IMG/VR virus record: IMGVR_UViG_3300028833_000053
Direction: 5' to 3' (one strand)
Source: a virus
Lineage: Duplodnaviria > Caudoviricetes
Length of the DNA stretch: 64,000 bases
Position numbers and translations under genes: made by a program. Under the pieces are notes generated by a model, which saw nothing but the letters and a program-made list of their open reading frames with translations, was not told where the DNA came from and ran no database searches. Below, piece by piece: positions 63,306 to 64,000 of the stretch (its first letter is position 1; each line of letters starts with the position of its first letter).

Positions 63306-63721
63306 TAAAGTGGAGAAGAATAGACGAATCCTAGGGTTGTCAAGAGACAACCACCCTTGACCTGCTCTGCAAGAAAGACGCGGAGCAGCTCAAGAGGTTT
63401 GCGGTGGAATACAGGACGCTGTGCGAAAGCGCGGTGAACCTGCAATCCGGGAAGTTCCTGGAAATCTCCAAGACGAAACTCGCCATCATCAAGAAGTTCC
63501 TTGCGGGACTTTGCGAAAAGGACGGCGTTGTGAAGGAGTCCATGAAAGAGGGAATGAGCCGCCTGACTAAATCAACCTGCAGAAAGATAATGGACATGGT
63601 GATGAAGTTCGGATGGTATTGCTGGTTCTACGGCGACCAGATGTTTCCGTGGGAGGACGCGGAACAAGACGATTCAAGGGACAAGTTGGAATCCTATCTG
63701 GATTCGCTTGTGGCGGCATAA
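63302..63721 (+). CDS. putative internal head protein (MIKWRRIDES tag; 1 TAG)
   Basis: ATG 63302 overlaps upstream TGA; in frame with ORF 63404-63721 through TAG. Confidence 0.65.
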
Positions 63722-63742
63722 ACAAAACGAGGTAAAAAGAAA

Positions 63743-64000
63743 ATGGCAGTAAACATAAACACGTTGATAACTGGAACAATGACACTTGGATCTGGTGATT
63801 CTACCCCTTCAGAACCAACAGCTCCACAAGGCAAGGTTCTGTACAAGATAAGCGCAGATGGAGACTGGCTTCAGTCAGATGCTGACATAATGGAAGGTGT
63901 TTTCAATAACTTCGCCCAAAAAGAAATTGCAGTTGCAGTCATAATCCCAAGCAAGGATATAAATGAAAATGACGTTACGGGCATCACAGATGGTGCATTC
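63743..64000 (+). CDS. partial CDS, probable BspA-type LRR protein
   Basis: GAGG RBS; ends ...VIIPS...VTGITDGAF at window edge. Confidence 0.5.
   Translation, partial: MAVNINTLITGTMTLGSGDSTPSEPTAPQGKVLYKISADGDWLQSDADIMEGVFNNFAQKEIAVAVIIPSKDINENDVTGITDGAF

Overview
This window is part of a large T4-like (jumbo/mega) myovirus genome that uses an alternative genetic code, with TAG read as an amino acid (most likely Gln, translation table 15). Reading through TAG repairs at least 18 genes that the ORF track shows as fragments. These include the gp55-type late sigma factor (NPFAYFT*I, conserved as NPFAYFTQI), the large terminase, the tail tube and a single ~14.5 kb, ~4,826-aa gene at 33356-47836. 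Every reconstructed gene then ends in TAA or TGA. Core genes present: late sigma, tail tube, RNase H/5'-exonuclease, Dda/RecD helicase, DNA methyltransferase, gp46/SbcC, terminase, MoxR ATPase, nrdD/nrdG, gp53-like baseplate protein, an HNH endonuclease and a lytic enzyme. Five things stand out. (1) The giant protein carries a circularly permuted, split FGE/C-lectin domain, a vWA motif and three tandem Hint (intein-like) domains. (2) A family of about 9 late proteins shares an N-terminal 'MKWKK(L/IV)xE|S' tag resembling a capsid-targeting/prohead-protease signal. (3) One member is a 781-aa polyprotein of about 7 modules ending in an ArdA anti-restriction DNA mimic. (4) A variant late promoter, GTAAATA, is seen about 19 times. 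(5) There is a candidate late structured ncRNA, a phage metacaspase and three glycan-modifying enzymes. All family assignments come from motif recognition by eye, not from database searches.
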